DNA of 64,000 nucleotides from Auanema rhodensis. Its lineage: Eukaryota > Animalia > Nematoda. Position numbers and translations under genes: made by a program. Shown piece after piece: positions 29,408-44,079 of this stretch. The notes below the pieces were generated by a model that saw nothing but the letters and a program-made list of their open reading frames with translations, was not told where the DNA came from and did not search any database. The stretch spans positions 18,104,001 through 18,168,000 of the forward strand of contig OZ059899.1 in the NCBI GenBank assembly GCA_964057225.1, written 5' to 3'. Each line of letters opens with the position of its first letter. Within the stretch, counting starts at the first letter, position 1.

Positions 29408-30465
29408 ACAAATTTTTATTGATATTGGTGCATGGTAACCATGATTTTGAAATTTACGTGAACTTTAATTCATGCTAATTAAATGTACACGTGGTGTGGA
29501 CTCGGTATGTAACTCGCTTCACGTGAAAGATAAAGAGATGCAGTTATCAAAATTAGATTCCCCATGTCCATATTAGTCTAAAAACAATTTTTTACTGATA
29601 TTGGTGCATGGTAACCATGATTTTGAAATTTACGTGAACTTTAATTTATGCTAATTAAACGTACACGTGATGTGCACTTGGTATGTAACTCGCTTCACGT
29701 GAAAGATAAAGAGATGCGGTTTTTAAAATTAGATTCCCCATGTCCATATTAGTCTAAAAACAATTTTTTACTGATATTGGTGCATGGTAACCATGATTTT
29801 GAAATTTACGTGAACTTTAATTTATGCTAATCAAACGTACACGTGGTGTGCTCTCGGTATGTAACTCGCTTCACGTGAAAGATAAAGAGATGCGGTTTTC
29901 AAAATTAGATTCCCCATGTCCATATTAGTCTAAAAACAAATTTTTATTGATATTGGTGCATGGTAACCATGATTTTGAAATTTACGTGAACTTTAATTCA
30001 TGCTAATTAAATGTACACGTGGTGTGGACTCGGTATGTAACTCGCTTCACGTGAAAGATAAAGAGATGCAGTTATCAAAATTAGATTCCCCATGTCCATA
30101 TTAGTCTAAAAACAATTTTTTACTGATATTGGTGCATGGTAACCATGATTTTGAAATTTACGTGAACTTTAATTTATGCTAATTAAACGTACACGTGATG
30201 TGCACTTGGTATGTAACTCGCTTCACGTGAAAGATAAAGAGATGCGGTTTTTAAAATTAGATTCCCCATGTCCATATTAGTCTAAAAACAATTTTTTACT
30301 GATATTGGTGCATGGTAACCATGATTTTGAAATTTACGTGAACTTTAATTTATGCTAATCAAACGTACACGTGGTGTGCTCTCGGTATGTAACTCGCTTC
30401 ACGTGAAAGATAAAGAGATGCGGTTTTCAAAATTAGATTCCCCATGTCCATATTAGTCTAAAAAC
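29408..30465 (+). repeat. Tandem 3-monomer (528 bp) duplication
   Basis: The GTGGAC, GTGATG, AATCA/GCTCTC triplet occurs twice in succession (AATCA at 29832 and 30360). Confidence 0.85.
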
Positions 30466-30994
30466 AAATTTTTATTGATATTGGTGCATGGTAACCATGA
30501 CTTTGAAATTTACGTGAACTTTAATTTATGCTAATTAAACGTACACGTGGTGTGCACTCGGTATGTAACTCGCTTCACGTGAAAGATAAAGAGATGCGGT
30601 TTTCAAAATTAGATTCCCCATGTCCATATTAGTCTAAAAACAAATTTTTTTTGATATTGGTGCATGGTAACCATGATTTTGAAATTTACGTGAACTTTAA
30701 TTTATGCTAATTAAATGTACACGTGGTGTGCACTCGGTATGTAACTCGCTTCACGTGAAAGATAAAGAGATGCGGTTTTCAAAATTAGATTCCCCATGTC
30801 CATATTAGTCTAAAAACAAATTTTTATTGATATTGGTGCATGGTAACCATGACTTTGAATTTTACGTGAACTTTAATTCATGCTAATTAAACGTACACGT
30901 GGTGTGCACTCGGTATGTAACTCGCTTCACGTGAAAGATAAAGAGATGCGGTTTTCAAAATTAGATTCCCCATGTCCATATTAGTCTGAAAACA

Positions 30995-32365
30995 AATTTT
31001 TATTGATATTGGTGCATGGTAACCATGATTTTGAAATTTACGTGAACTTTAATTTATGCTAATTAAACGTAGACGTGGTGTGCACTCGGTATGTAACTCG
31101 CTTCACGTGTAAGATAAAGAGATGCGGTTTTCAAAATTAGATTCCCCATGTCCATATTAGTCTAAAAACAAATTTTTTTTTGATATTGGTGCATGGTAAC
31201 CATGACTTTGAAATTTACGTGAACTTTAATTTATGCTAATTAAACGTACACGTGGTGTGCACTCGGTATGTAACTCGCTTCACGTGTAAGATAAAGAGAT
31301 GCGGTTTTCAAAATTAGATTCCCCATGTCCATATTAGTCTAAAAACAAATTTTTATTGATATTGGTGCATGGTAACCATGATTTTGAAATTTACGTGAAC
31401 TTTAATTCATGCTAATTAAATGTACACGTGGTGTGGACTCGGTATGTAACTCGCTTCACGTGAAAGATAAAGAGATGCAGTTATCAAAATTAGATTCCCC
31501 ATGTCCATATTAGTCTAAAAACAATTTTTTACTGATATTGGTGCATGGTAACCATGATTTTGAAATTTACGTGAACTTTAATTTATGCTAATTAAACGTA
31601 CACGTGATGTGCACTTGGTATGTAACTCGCTTCACGTGAAAGATAAAGAGATGCGGTTTTTAAAATTAGATTCCCCATGTCCATATTAGTCTAAAAACAA
31701 TTTTTTACTGATATTGGTGCATGGTAACCATGACTTTGAAATTTACGTGAACTTTAATTTATGCTAATTAAACGTACACGTGGTGTGCACTCGGTATGTA
31801 ACTCGCTTCACGTGTAAGATAAAGAGATGCGGTTTTCGAAATTAGATTCCCCATGTCCATATTAGTCTAAAAACAAATTTTTATTGATATTGGTGCATGG
31901 TAACCATGATTTTGAAATTTACGTGAACTTTAATTCATGCTAATTAAATGTACACGTGGTGTGCACTCGGTATGTAACTCGCTTCACGTGAAAGATAAAA
32001 AGATGCAGTTATCAAAATTAGATTCCCCATGTCCATATTAGTCTAGAAACAAATTTTTATTGATATTGGTGCATGGTAACCATGACTTTGAAATTTACGT
32101 GAACTTTAATTCATGCTAATTAAACGTACACGTGGTGTGCACTCGGTATGTAACTCGCTTCACGTGTAAGATAAAGAGATGCGGTTTCCAAAATTAGATT
32201 CCCCATGTCCATATTAGTCTAAAAACAAATTTTTATTGATATTGGTGCATGGTAACCATGACTTTGAAATTTACGTGAACTTTAATTTATGCTAATTAAA
32301 CGTACACGTGGTGTGCACTCGGTATGTAACTCGCTTCACGTGTAAGATAAAGAGATGCGGTTTTC
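30995..32365 (+). repeat. Long-range duplication B, copy 2
   Basis: Same ordered haplotypes as 15500-16870, with one private change (GTTTCCA near 32188). Confidence 0.8.
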
Positions 32366-35300
32366 GAAATTAGATTCCCCATGTCCATATTAGTCTAAAA
32401 ACAAATTTTTATTGATATTGGTGCATGGTAACCATGATTTTGAAATTTACGTGAACTTTAATTCATGCTAATTAAATGTACACGTGGTGTGCACTCGGTA
32501 TGTAACTCGCTTCACGTGAAAGATAAAGAGATGCAGTTATCAAAATTAGATTCCCCATGTCCATATTAGTCTAAAAACAATTTTTTACTGATATTGGTGC
32601 ATGGTAACCATGATTTTGAAATTTACGTGAACTTTAATTTATGCTAATTAAACGTACACGTGATGTGCACTTGGTATGTAACTCGCTTCACGTGAAAGAT
32701 AAAGAGATGCGGTTTTTAAAATTAGATTCCCCATGTCCATATTAGTCTAAAAACAATTTTTTACTGATATTGGTGCATGGTAACCATGATTTTGAAATTT
32801 ACGTGAACTTTAATTTATGCTAATTAAACGTACACGTGGTGTGCACTCGGTATGTAACTCGCTTCACGTGAAAGATAAAGAGATGCGGTTCTCAAAATTA
32901 GATTCCCCATGTCCATATTAGTCTAAAAACAAATTTTTATTGATATTGGTGCATGGTAACCATGACTTTGAAATTTACGTGAACTTTAATTTATGCTAAT
33001 TAAACGTACACGTGGTGTGCACTCGGTATGTAACTCGCTTCACGTGAAAGATAAAGAGATGCGGTTTTCAAAATTAGATTCCCCATGTCCATATTAGTCT
33101 AAAAACAAATTTTTATTGATATTGGTGCATGGTAACCATGACTTTGAAATTTACGTGAACTTTAATTTATGCTAATTAAACGTACACGTGGTGTGCACTC
33201 GGTATGTAACTCGCTTCACGTGAAAGATAAAGAGATGCGGTTTTCAAAATTAGATTCCCCATGTCCATATTAGTCTAAAAACAAATTTTTTTTGATATTG
33301 GTGCATGGTAACCATGATTTTGAAATTTACGTGAACTTTAATTTATGCTAATTAAATGTACACGTGGTGTGCACTTGGTATGTAACTCGCTTCACGTGAA
33401 AGATAAAGAGATGCGGTTTTCAAAATTAGATTCCCCATGTCCATATTAGTCTAAAAACAAATTTTTTTTGATATTGGTGCATGGTAACCATGATTTTGAA
33501 ATTTACGTGAACTTTAATTTATGCTAATTAAATGTACACGTGGTGTGCACTCGGTATGTAACTCGCTTCACGTGAAAGATAAAGAGATGCGGTTTTCAAA
33601 ATTAGATTCCCCATGTCCATATTAGTCTAAAAACAATTTTTTACTGATATTGGTGCATGGTAACCATGATTTTGAAATTTACGTGAACTTTAATTTATGC
33701 TAATTAAACGTACACGTGGTGTGCACTCGGTATGTAACTCGCTTCACGTGAAAGATAAAGAGATGCGGTTTTCAAAATTAGATTCCCCATGTCCATATTA
33801 GTCTAAAAACAATTTTTTATTGATATTGGTGCATGGTAACCATGACTTTGAATTTTACGTGAACTTTAATTCATGCTAATTAAACGTACACGTGGTGTGC
33901 ACTCGGTATGTAACTCGCTTCACGTGAAAGATAAAGAGATGCGGTTTTCAAAATTAGATTCCCCATGTCCATATTAGTCTAAAAACAAAATTTTATTGAT
34001 ATTGGTGCATGGTAACCATGACTTTGAAATTTACGTGAACTTTAATTTATGCTACATAAATGTACACGTGATGTGCACTTGGTATGTAACTCGCTTCACG
34101 TGAAAGATAAAAAGATGCGGTTTTTAAAATTAGATTCCCCATGTCCATATTAGTCTAAAAACAATTTTTTACTGATATTGGTGCATGGTAACCATGACTT
34201 TGAAATTTACGTGAATTTTAATTTATGCTAATTAAACGTACACGTGGTGTGCACTCGGTATGTAACTCGCTTCACGTGTAAGATAAAGAGATGCGGTTTT
34301 CAAAATTAGATTCCCCATGTCCATATTAGTCTAAAAACAAATTTTTATTGATATTGGTGCATGGTAACCATGATTTTGAAATTTACGTGAACTTTAATTT
34401 ATGCTGATTAAACGTAGACGTGGTGTGCACTCGGTATGTAACTCGCTTCACGTGTAAGATAAAGAGATGCGGTTTTCAAAATTAGATTCCCCATGTCCAT
34501 ATTAGTCTAAAAACAAATTTTTTTTTGATATTGGTGCATGGTAACCATGACTTTGAAATTTACGTGAACTTTAATTTATGCTAATTAAACGTACACGTGG
34601 TGTGCACTCGGTATGTAACTCGCTTCACGTGTAAGATAAAGAGATGCGGTTTTCAAAATTAGATTCCCCATGTCCATATTAGTCTAAAAACAAATTTTTA
34701 TTGATATTGGTGCATGGTAACCATGATTTTGAAATTTACGTGAACTTTAATTCATGCTAATTAAATGTACACGTGGTGTGGACTCGGTATGTAACTCGCT
34801 TCACGTGAAAGATAAAGAGATGCAGTTATCAAAATTAGATTCCCCATGTCCATATTAGTCTAAAAACAATTTTTTACTGATATTGGTGCATGGTAACCAT
34901 GATTTTGAAATTTACGTGAACTTTAATTTATGCTAATTAAACGTACACGTGATGTGCACTTGGTATGTAACTCGCTTCACGTGAAAGATAAAGAGATGCG
35001 GTTTTTAAAATTAGATTCCCCATGTCCATATTAGTCTAAAAACAATTTTTTACTGATATTGGTGCATGGTAACCATGATTTTGAAATTTACGTGAACTTT
35101 AATTTATGCTAATCAAACGTACACGTGGTGTGCTCTCGGTATGTAACTCGCTTCACGTGAAAGATAAAGAGATGCGGTTTTCAAAATTAGATTCCCCATG
35201 TCCATATTAGTCTAAAAACAAATTTTTATTGATATTGGTGCATGGTAACCATGACTTTGAAATTTACGTGAACTTTAATTTATGCTAATTAAACGTACAC

Positions 35301-38300
35301 GTGGTGTGCACTCGGTATGTAACTCGCTTCACGTGAAAGATAAAGAGATGCGGTTTTCAAAATTAGATTCCCCATGTCCATATTAGTCTAAAAACAAATT
35401 TTTTTTGATATTGGTGCATGGTAACCATGATTTTGAAATTTACGTGAACTTTAATTTATGCTAATTAAATGTACACGTGGTGTGCACTCGGTATGTAACT
35501 CGCTTCACGTGAAAGATAAAGAGATGCGGTTTTCAAAATTAGATTCCCCATGTCCATATTAGTCTAAAAACAAATTTTTATTGATATTGGTGCATGGTAA
35601 CCATGACTTTGAATTTTACGTGAACTTTAATTCATGCTAATTAAACGTACACGTGGTGTGCACTCGGTATGTAACTCGCTTCACGTGAAAGATAAAGAGA
35701 TGCGGTTTTCAAAATTAGATTCCCCATGTCCATATTAGTCTAAAAACAAAATTTTATTGATATTGGTGCATGGTAACCATGACTTTGAAATTTACGTGAA
35801 CTTTAATTTATGCTACATAAATGTACACGTGATGTGCACTTGGTATGTAACTCGCTTCACGTGAAAGATAAAAAGATGCGGTTTTTAAAATTAGATTCCC
35901 CATGTCCATATTAGTCTAAAAACAATTTTTTACTGATATTGGTGCATGGTAACCATGACTTTGAAATTTACGTGAATTTTAATTTATGCTAATTAAACGT
36001 ACACGTGGTGTGCACTCGGTATGTAACTCGCTTAACGTGTAAGATAAAGAGATGCGGTTTTCAAAATTAGATTCCCCATGTCCATATTAGTCTAAAAACA
36101 AATTTTTATTGATATTGGTGCATGGTAACCATGATTTTGAAATTTACGTGAACTTTAATTTATGCTGATTAAATGTACACGTGGTGTGCACTCGGTATGT
36201 AACTCGCTTCACGTGAAAGATAAAGAGATGCAGTTATCAAAATTAGATTCCCCATGTCCATATTAGTCTAAAAACAATTTTTTACTGATATTGGTGCATG
36301 GTAACCATGATTTTGAAATTTACGTGAACTTTAATTTATGCTAATTAAACGTACACGTGGTGTGCACTCGGTATGTAACTCGCTTCACGTGAAAGATAAA
36401 GAGATGCGGTTTTCAAAATTAGATTCCCCATGTCCATATTAGTCTAAAAACAAATTTTTATTGATATTGGTGCATGGTAACCATGACTTTGAAATTTACG
36501 TGAACTTTAATTTATGCTAATTAAACGTACACGTGGTGTGCACTCGGTATGTAACTCGCTTCACGTGAAAGATAAAGAGATGCGGTTTTCAAAATTAGAT
36601 TCCCCATGTCCATATTAGTCTAAAAACAAATTTTTATTGATATTGGTGCATGGTAACCATGACTTTGAAATTTACGTGAACTTTAATTTATGCTACATAA
36701 ATGTACACGTGATGTGCACTTGGTATGTAACTCGCTTCACGTGAAAGATAAAAAGATGCGGTTTTTAAAATTAGATTCCCCATGTCCATATTAGTCTAAA
36801 AACAAATTTTTATTGATATTGGTGCATGGTAACCATGATTTTGAAATTTACGTGAACTTTAATTCATGCTAATTAAATGTACACGTGGTGTGGACTCGGT
36901 ATGTAACTCGCTTCACGTGAAAGATAAAGAGATGCAGTTATCAAAATTAGATTCCCCATGTCCATATTAGTCTAAAAACAATTTTTTACTGATATTGGTG
37001 CATGGTAACCATGATTTTGAAATTTACGTGAACTTTAATTTATGCTAATTAAACGTACACGTGATGTGCACTTGGTATGTAACTCGCTTCACGTGAAAGA
37101 TAAAGAGATGCGGTTTTTAAAATTAGATTCCCCATGTCCATATTAGTCTAAAAACAATTTTTTACTGATATTGGTGCATGGTAACCATGATTTTGAAATT
37201 TACGTGAACTTTAATTTATGCTAATCAAACGTACACGTGGTGTGCTCTCGGTATGTAACTCGCTTCACGTGAAAGATAAAGAGATGCGGTTTTCAAAATT
37301 AGATTCCCCATGTCCATATTAGTCTAAAAACAAATTTTTATTGATATTGGTGCATGGTAACCATGACTTTGAAATTTACGTGAACTTTAATTTATGCTAA
37401 TTAAACGTACACGTGGTGTGCACTCGGTATGTAACTCGCTTCACGTGAATGATAAAGAGATGCGGTTTTCAAAATTAGATTCCCCATGTCCATATTAGTC
37501 TAAAAACAAATTTTTTTTGATATTGGTGCATGGTAACCATGATTTTGAAATTTACGTGAACTTTAATTTATGCTAATTAAATGTACACGTGGTGTGCACT
37601 CGGTATGTAACTCGCTTCACGTGAAAGATAAAGAGATGCGGTTTTTAAAATTAGATTCCCCATGTCCATATTAGTCTAAAAACAAAATTTTATTGATATT
37701 GGTGCATGGTAACCATGACTTTGAAATTTACGTGAACTTTAATTTATGCTACATAAATGTACACGTGATGTGCACTTGGTATGTAACTCGCTTCACGTGA
37801 AAGATAAAAAGATGCGGTTTTTAAAATTAGATTCCCCATGTCCATATTAGTCTAAAAACAATTTTTTACTGATATTGGTGCATGGTAACCATGACTTTGA
37901 AATTTACGTGAACTTTAATTTATGCTAATTAAACGTACACGTGGTGTGCACTCGGTATGTAACTCGCTTCACGTGTAAGATAAAGAGATGCGGTTTTCAA
38001 AATTAGATTCCCCATGTCCATATTAGTCTAAAAACAAATTTTTATTGATATTGGTGCATGGTAACCATGATTTTGAAATTTACGTGAACTTTAATTTATG
38101 CTGATTAAATGTACACGTGGTGTGCACTCGGTATGTAACTCGCTTCACGTGAAAGATAAAGAGATGCAGTTATCGAAATTAGATTCCCCATGTCCATATT
38201 AGTCTAAAAACAAATTTTTATTGATATTGGTGCATGGTAACCATGACTTTGAAATTTACGTGAACTTTAATTTATGCTAATTAAACGTACACGTGTTGTG

Positions 38301-41300
38301 CACTCGGTATGTAACTCGCTTCACGTGGAAGATAAAAAGATGCGGTTTTCAAAATTAGATTCCCCATGTCCATATTAGTCTAAAAACAACTTTTTACTGA
38401 TATTGGTGCATGGTAACCATGATTTTGAAATTTACGTGAACTTTAATTTATGCTAATTAAACGTACACGTGATGTGCACTTGGTATGTAACTCGCTTCAC
38501 GTGAAAGATAAAGAGATGCGGTTTTTAAAATTAGATTCCCCATGTCCATATTAGTCTAAAAACAATTTTTTACTGATATTGGTGCATGGTAACCATGATT
38601 TTGAAATTTACGTGAACTTTAATTTATGCTAATTAAACGTACACGTGGTGTGCACTCGGTATGTAACTCGCTTCACGTGAAAGATAAAGAGATGCGGTTT
38701 TCAAAATTAGATTCCCCATGTCCATATTAGTCTAAAAACAAATTTTTATTGATATTGGTGCATGGTAACCATGACTTTGAAATTTACGTGAACTTTAATT
38801 TATGCTAATTAAACGTACACGTGGTGTGCACTCGGTATGTAACTCGCTTCACTTGAAAGATAAAGAGATGCGGTTTTCAAAATTAGATTCCCCATGTCCA
38901 TATTAGTCTAAAAACAAATTTTTATTGATATTGGTGCATGGTAACCATGACTTTGAAATTTACGTGAACTTTAATTTATGCTAATTAAACGTACACGTGG
39001 TGTGCACTCGGTATGTAACTCGCTTCACGTGAAAGATAAAGAGATGCGGTTTTCAAAATTAGATTCCCCATGTCCATATTAGTCTAAAAACAAATTTTTT
39101 TTGATATTGGTGCATGGTAACCATGATTTTGAAATTTACGTGAACTTTAATTTATGCTAATTAAATGTACACGTGGTGTGCACTCGGTATGTAACTCGCT
39201 TCACGTGAAAGATAAAGAGATGCGGTTTTTAAAATTAGATTCCCCGTGTCCATATTAGTCTAAAAACAAATTTTTATTGATATTGGTGCATGGTAACCAT
39301 GACTTTGAATTTTACGTGAACTTTAATTTATGCTACATAAATGTACACGTGATGTGCACTTGGTATGTAACTCGCTTCACGTGAAAGATAAAAAGATGCG
39401 GTTTTTAAAATTAGATTCCCCATGTCCATATTAGTCTAAAAACAATTTTTTACTGATATTGGTGCATGGTAACCATGACTTTGAAATTTACGTGAACTTT
39501 TATTTATGCTAATTAAACGTACACGTGGTGTGCACTTGGTATGTAACTCGCTTCACGTGAAAGATAAAGAGATGCGGTTTTTAAAATTAGATTCCCCATG
39601 TCCATATTAGTCTAAAAACAATTTTTTACTGATATTGGTGCATGGTAACCATGATTTTGAAATTTACGTGAACTTTAATTTATGCTAATTAAACGTACAC
39701 GTGGTGTGCACTCGGTATGTAACTCGCTTCACGTGTAAGATAAAGAGATGCGGTTTTCAAAATTAGATTCCCCATGTCCATATTAGTCTAAAAACAAATT
39801 TTTATTGATATTGGTGCATGGTAACCATGACTTTGAAATTTACGTGAACTTTAATTTATGCTAATTAAACGTACACGTGGTGTGCACTCGGTATGTAACT
39901 CGCTTCACGTGTAAGATAAAGAGATGCGGTTTTCAAAATTGGATTCCCCATGTCCATATTAGTCTAAAAACAAATTTTTATTGATATTGGTGCATGGTAA
40001 CCATGATTTTGAAATTTACGTGAACTTTAATTCATGCTAATTAAATGTACACGTGGTGTGGACTCGGTATGTAACTCGCTTCACGTGAAAGATAAAGAGA
40101 TGCAGTTATCAAAATTAGATTCCCCATGTCCATATTAGTCTAAAAACAATTTTTTACTGATATTGGTGCATGGTAACCATGATTTTGAAATTTACGTGAA
40201 CTTTAATTTATGCTAATTAAACGTACACGTGATGTGCACTTGGTATGTAACTCGCTTCACGTGAAAGATAAAGAGATGCGGTTTTTAAAATTAGATTCCC
40301 CATGTCCATATTAGTCTAAAAACAATTTTTTACTGATATTGGTGCATGGTAACCATGATTTTGAAATTTACGTGAACTTTAATTTATGCTAATCAAACGT
40401 ACACGTGGTGTGCACTCGGTATGTAACTCGCTTCACGTGAAAGATAAAGAGATGCGGTTTTCAAAATTAGATTCCCCATGTCCATATTAGTCTAAAAACA
40501 AATTTTTATTGATATTGGTGCATGGTAACCATGACTTTGAATTTTACGTGAACTTTAATTCATGCTAATTAAACGTACACGTGGTGTGCACTCGGTATGT
40601 AACTCGCTTCACGTGAAAGATAAAGAGATGCGGTTTTCAAAATTAGATTCCCCATGTCCATATTAGTCTAAAAACAAAATTTTATTGATATTGGTGCATG
40701 GTAACCATGACTTTGAAATTTACGTGAACTTTAATTTATGCTACATAAATGTACACGTGATGTGCACTTGGTATGTAACTCGCTTCACGTGAAAGATAAA
40801 AAGATGCGGTTTTTAAAATTAGATTCCCCATGTCCATATTAGTCTAAAAACAATTTTTTACTGATATTGGTGCATGGTAACCATGACTTTGAAATTTACG
40901 TGAATTTTAATTTATGCTAATTAAACGTACACGTGGTGTGCACTCGGTATGTAACTCGCTTCACGTGTAAGATAAAGAGATGCGGTTTTCAAAATTAGAT
41001 TCCCCATGTCCATATTAGTCTAAAAACAAATTTTTATTGATATTGGTGCATGGTAACCATGATTTTGAAATTTACGTGAACTTTAATTTATGCTGATTAA
41101 ATGTACACGTGGTGTGCACTCGGTATGTAACTCGCTTCACGTGAAAGATAAAGAGATGCAGTTATCAAAATTAGATTCCCCATGTCCATATTAGTCTAAA
41201 AACAAATTTTTATTGATATTGGTGCATGGTAACCATGACTTTGAAATTTACGTGAACTTTAATTTATGCTAATTAAACGTACACGTGTTGTGCACTCGGT

Positions 41301-44079
41301 ATGTAACTCGCTTCACGTGGAAGATAAAAAGATGCGGTTTTCAAAATTAGATTCCCCATGTCCATATTAGTCTAAAAACAATTTTTTACTGATATTGGTG
41401 CATGGTAACCATGATTTTGAAATTTACGTGAACTTTAATTTATGCTAATTAAACGTACACGTGATGTGCACTTGGTATGTAACTCGCTTCACGTGAAAGA
41501 TAAAGAGATGCGGTTTTTAAAATTAGATTCCCCATGTCCATATTAGTCTAAAAACAATTTTTTACTGATATTGGTGCATGGTAACCATGATTTTGAAATT
41601 TACGTGAACTTTAATTTATGCTAATTAAACGTACACGTGGTGTGCACTCGGTATGTAACTCGCTTCACGTGAAAGATAAAGAGATGCGGTTTTCAAAATT
41701 AGATTCCCCATGTCCATATTAGTCTAAAAACAAATTTTTATTGATATTGGTGCATGGTAACCATGATTTTGAAATTTACGTGAACTTTAATTTATGCTAA
41801 TTAAACGTACACGTGGTGTGCACTCGGTATGTAACTCGCTTCACGTGTAAGATAAAGAGATGCGGTTTTCAAAATTAGATTCCCCATGTCCATATTAGTC
41901 TAAAAACAATTTTTTACTGATATTGGTGCATGGTAACCATGATTTTGAAATTTACGTGAACTTTAATTTATGCTAATTAAACGTACACGTGGTGTGCACT
42001 CGGTATGTAACTCGCTTCACGTGTAAGATAAAAAGATGCGGTTTTCAAAATTAGATTCCCCATGTCCATATTAGTCTAAAAACAATTTTTTACTGATATT
42101 GGTGCATGGTAACCATGATTTTGAAATTTACGTGAACTTTAATTTATGCTAATTAAACGTACACGTGATGTGCACTTGGTATGTAACTCGCTTCACGTGA
42201 AAGATAAAGAGATGCGGTTTTTAAAATTAGATTCCCCATGTCCATATTAGTCTAAAAACAATTTTTTACTGATATTGGTGCATGGTAACCATGATTTTGA
42301 AATTTACGTGAACTTTAATTTATGCTAATTAAACGTACACGTGGTGTGCACTCGGTATGTAACTCGCTTCACGTGAAAGATAAAGAGATGCGGTTTTCAA
42401 AATTAGATTCCCCATGTCCATATTAGTCTAAAAACAAATTTTTATTGATATTGGTGCATGGTAACCATGACTTTGAAATTTACGTGAACTTCAATTTATG
42501 CTACATAAATGTACACGTGATGTGCACTTGGTATGTAACTCGCTTCACGTGAAAGATAAAAAGATGCGGTTTTTAAAATTAGATTCCCCATGTCCATATT
42601 AGTCTAAAAACAAATTTTTATTGATATTGGTGCATGGTAACCATGATTTTGAAATTTACGTGAACTTTAATTTATGCTAATTAAACGTACACGTGGTGTG
42701 CACTCGGTATGTAACTCGCTTCACGTGAAAGATAAAGAGATGCGGTTTTCAAAATTAGATTCCCCATGTCCATATTAGTCTAAAAACAAATTTTTTTTGA
42801 TATTGGTGCATGGTAACCATGATTTTGAAATTTACGTGAACTTTAATTTATGCTAATTAAATGTACACGTGGTGTGCACTCGGTATGTAACTCGCTTCAC
42901 GTGAAAGATAAAGAGATGCGGTTTTTAAAATTAGATTCCCCATGTCCATATTAGTCTAAAAACAAAATTTTATTGATATTGGTGCATGGTAACCATGACT
43001 TTGAAATTTACGTGAACTTTAATTTATGCTACATAAATGTACACGTGATGTGCACTTGGTATGTAACTCGCTTCACGTGAAAGATAAAAAGATGCGGTTT
43101 TTAAAATTAGATTCCCCATGTCCATATTAGTCTAAAAACAATTTTTTACTGATATTGGTGCATGGTAACCATGACTTTGAAATTTACGTGAACTTTAATT
43201 TATGCTAATTAAACGTACACGTGGTGTGCACTCGGTATGTAACTCGCTTCACGTGTAAGATAAAGAGATGCGGTTTTCAAAATTAGATTCCCCATGTCCA
43301 TATTAGTCTAAAAACAAATTTTTATTGATATTGGTGCATGGTAACCATGATTTTGAAATTTACGTGAACTTTAATTTATGCTGATTAAATGTACACGTGG
43401 TGTGCACTCGGTATGTAACTCGCTTCACGTGAAAGATAAAGAGATGCAGTTATCAAAATTAGATTCCCCATGTCCATATTAGTCTAAAATCAAATTTTTA
43501 TTGATATTGGTGCATGGTAACCATGACTTTGAAATTTACGTGAACTTTAATTTATGCTAATTAAACGTACACGTGTTGTGCACTCGGTATGTAACTCGCT
43601 TCACGTGGAAGATAAAAAGATGCGGTTTTCAAAATTAGATTCCCCATGTCCATATTAGTCTAAAAACAATTTTTTACTGATATTGGTGCATGGTAACCAT
43701 GATTTTGAAATTTACGTGAACTTTAATTTATGCTAATTAAACGTACACGTGATGTGCACTTGGTATGTAACTCGCTTCACGTGAAAGATAAAGAGATGCG
43801 GTTTTTAAAATTAGATTCCCCATGTCCATATTAGTCTAAAAACAATTTTTTACTGATATTGGTGCATGGTAACCATGATTTTGAAATTTACGTGAACTTT
43901 AATTTATGCTAATTAAACGTACACGTGGTGTGCACTCGGTATGTAACTCGCTTCACGTGAAAGATAAAGAGATGCGGTTTTCAAAATTAGATTCCCCATG
44001 TCCATATTAGTCTAAAAACAAATTTTTATTGATATTGGTGCATGGTAACCATGACTTTGAAATTTACGTGAACTTTTAT

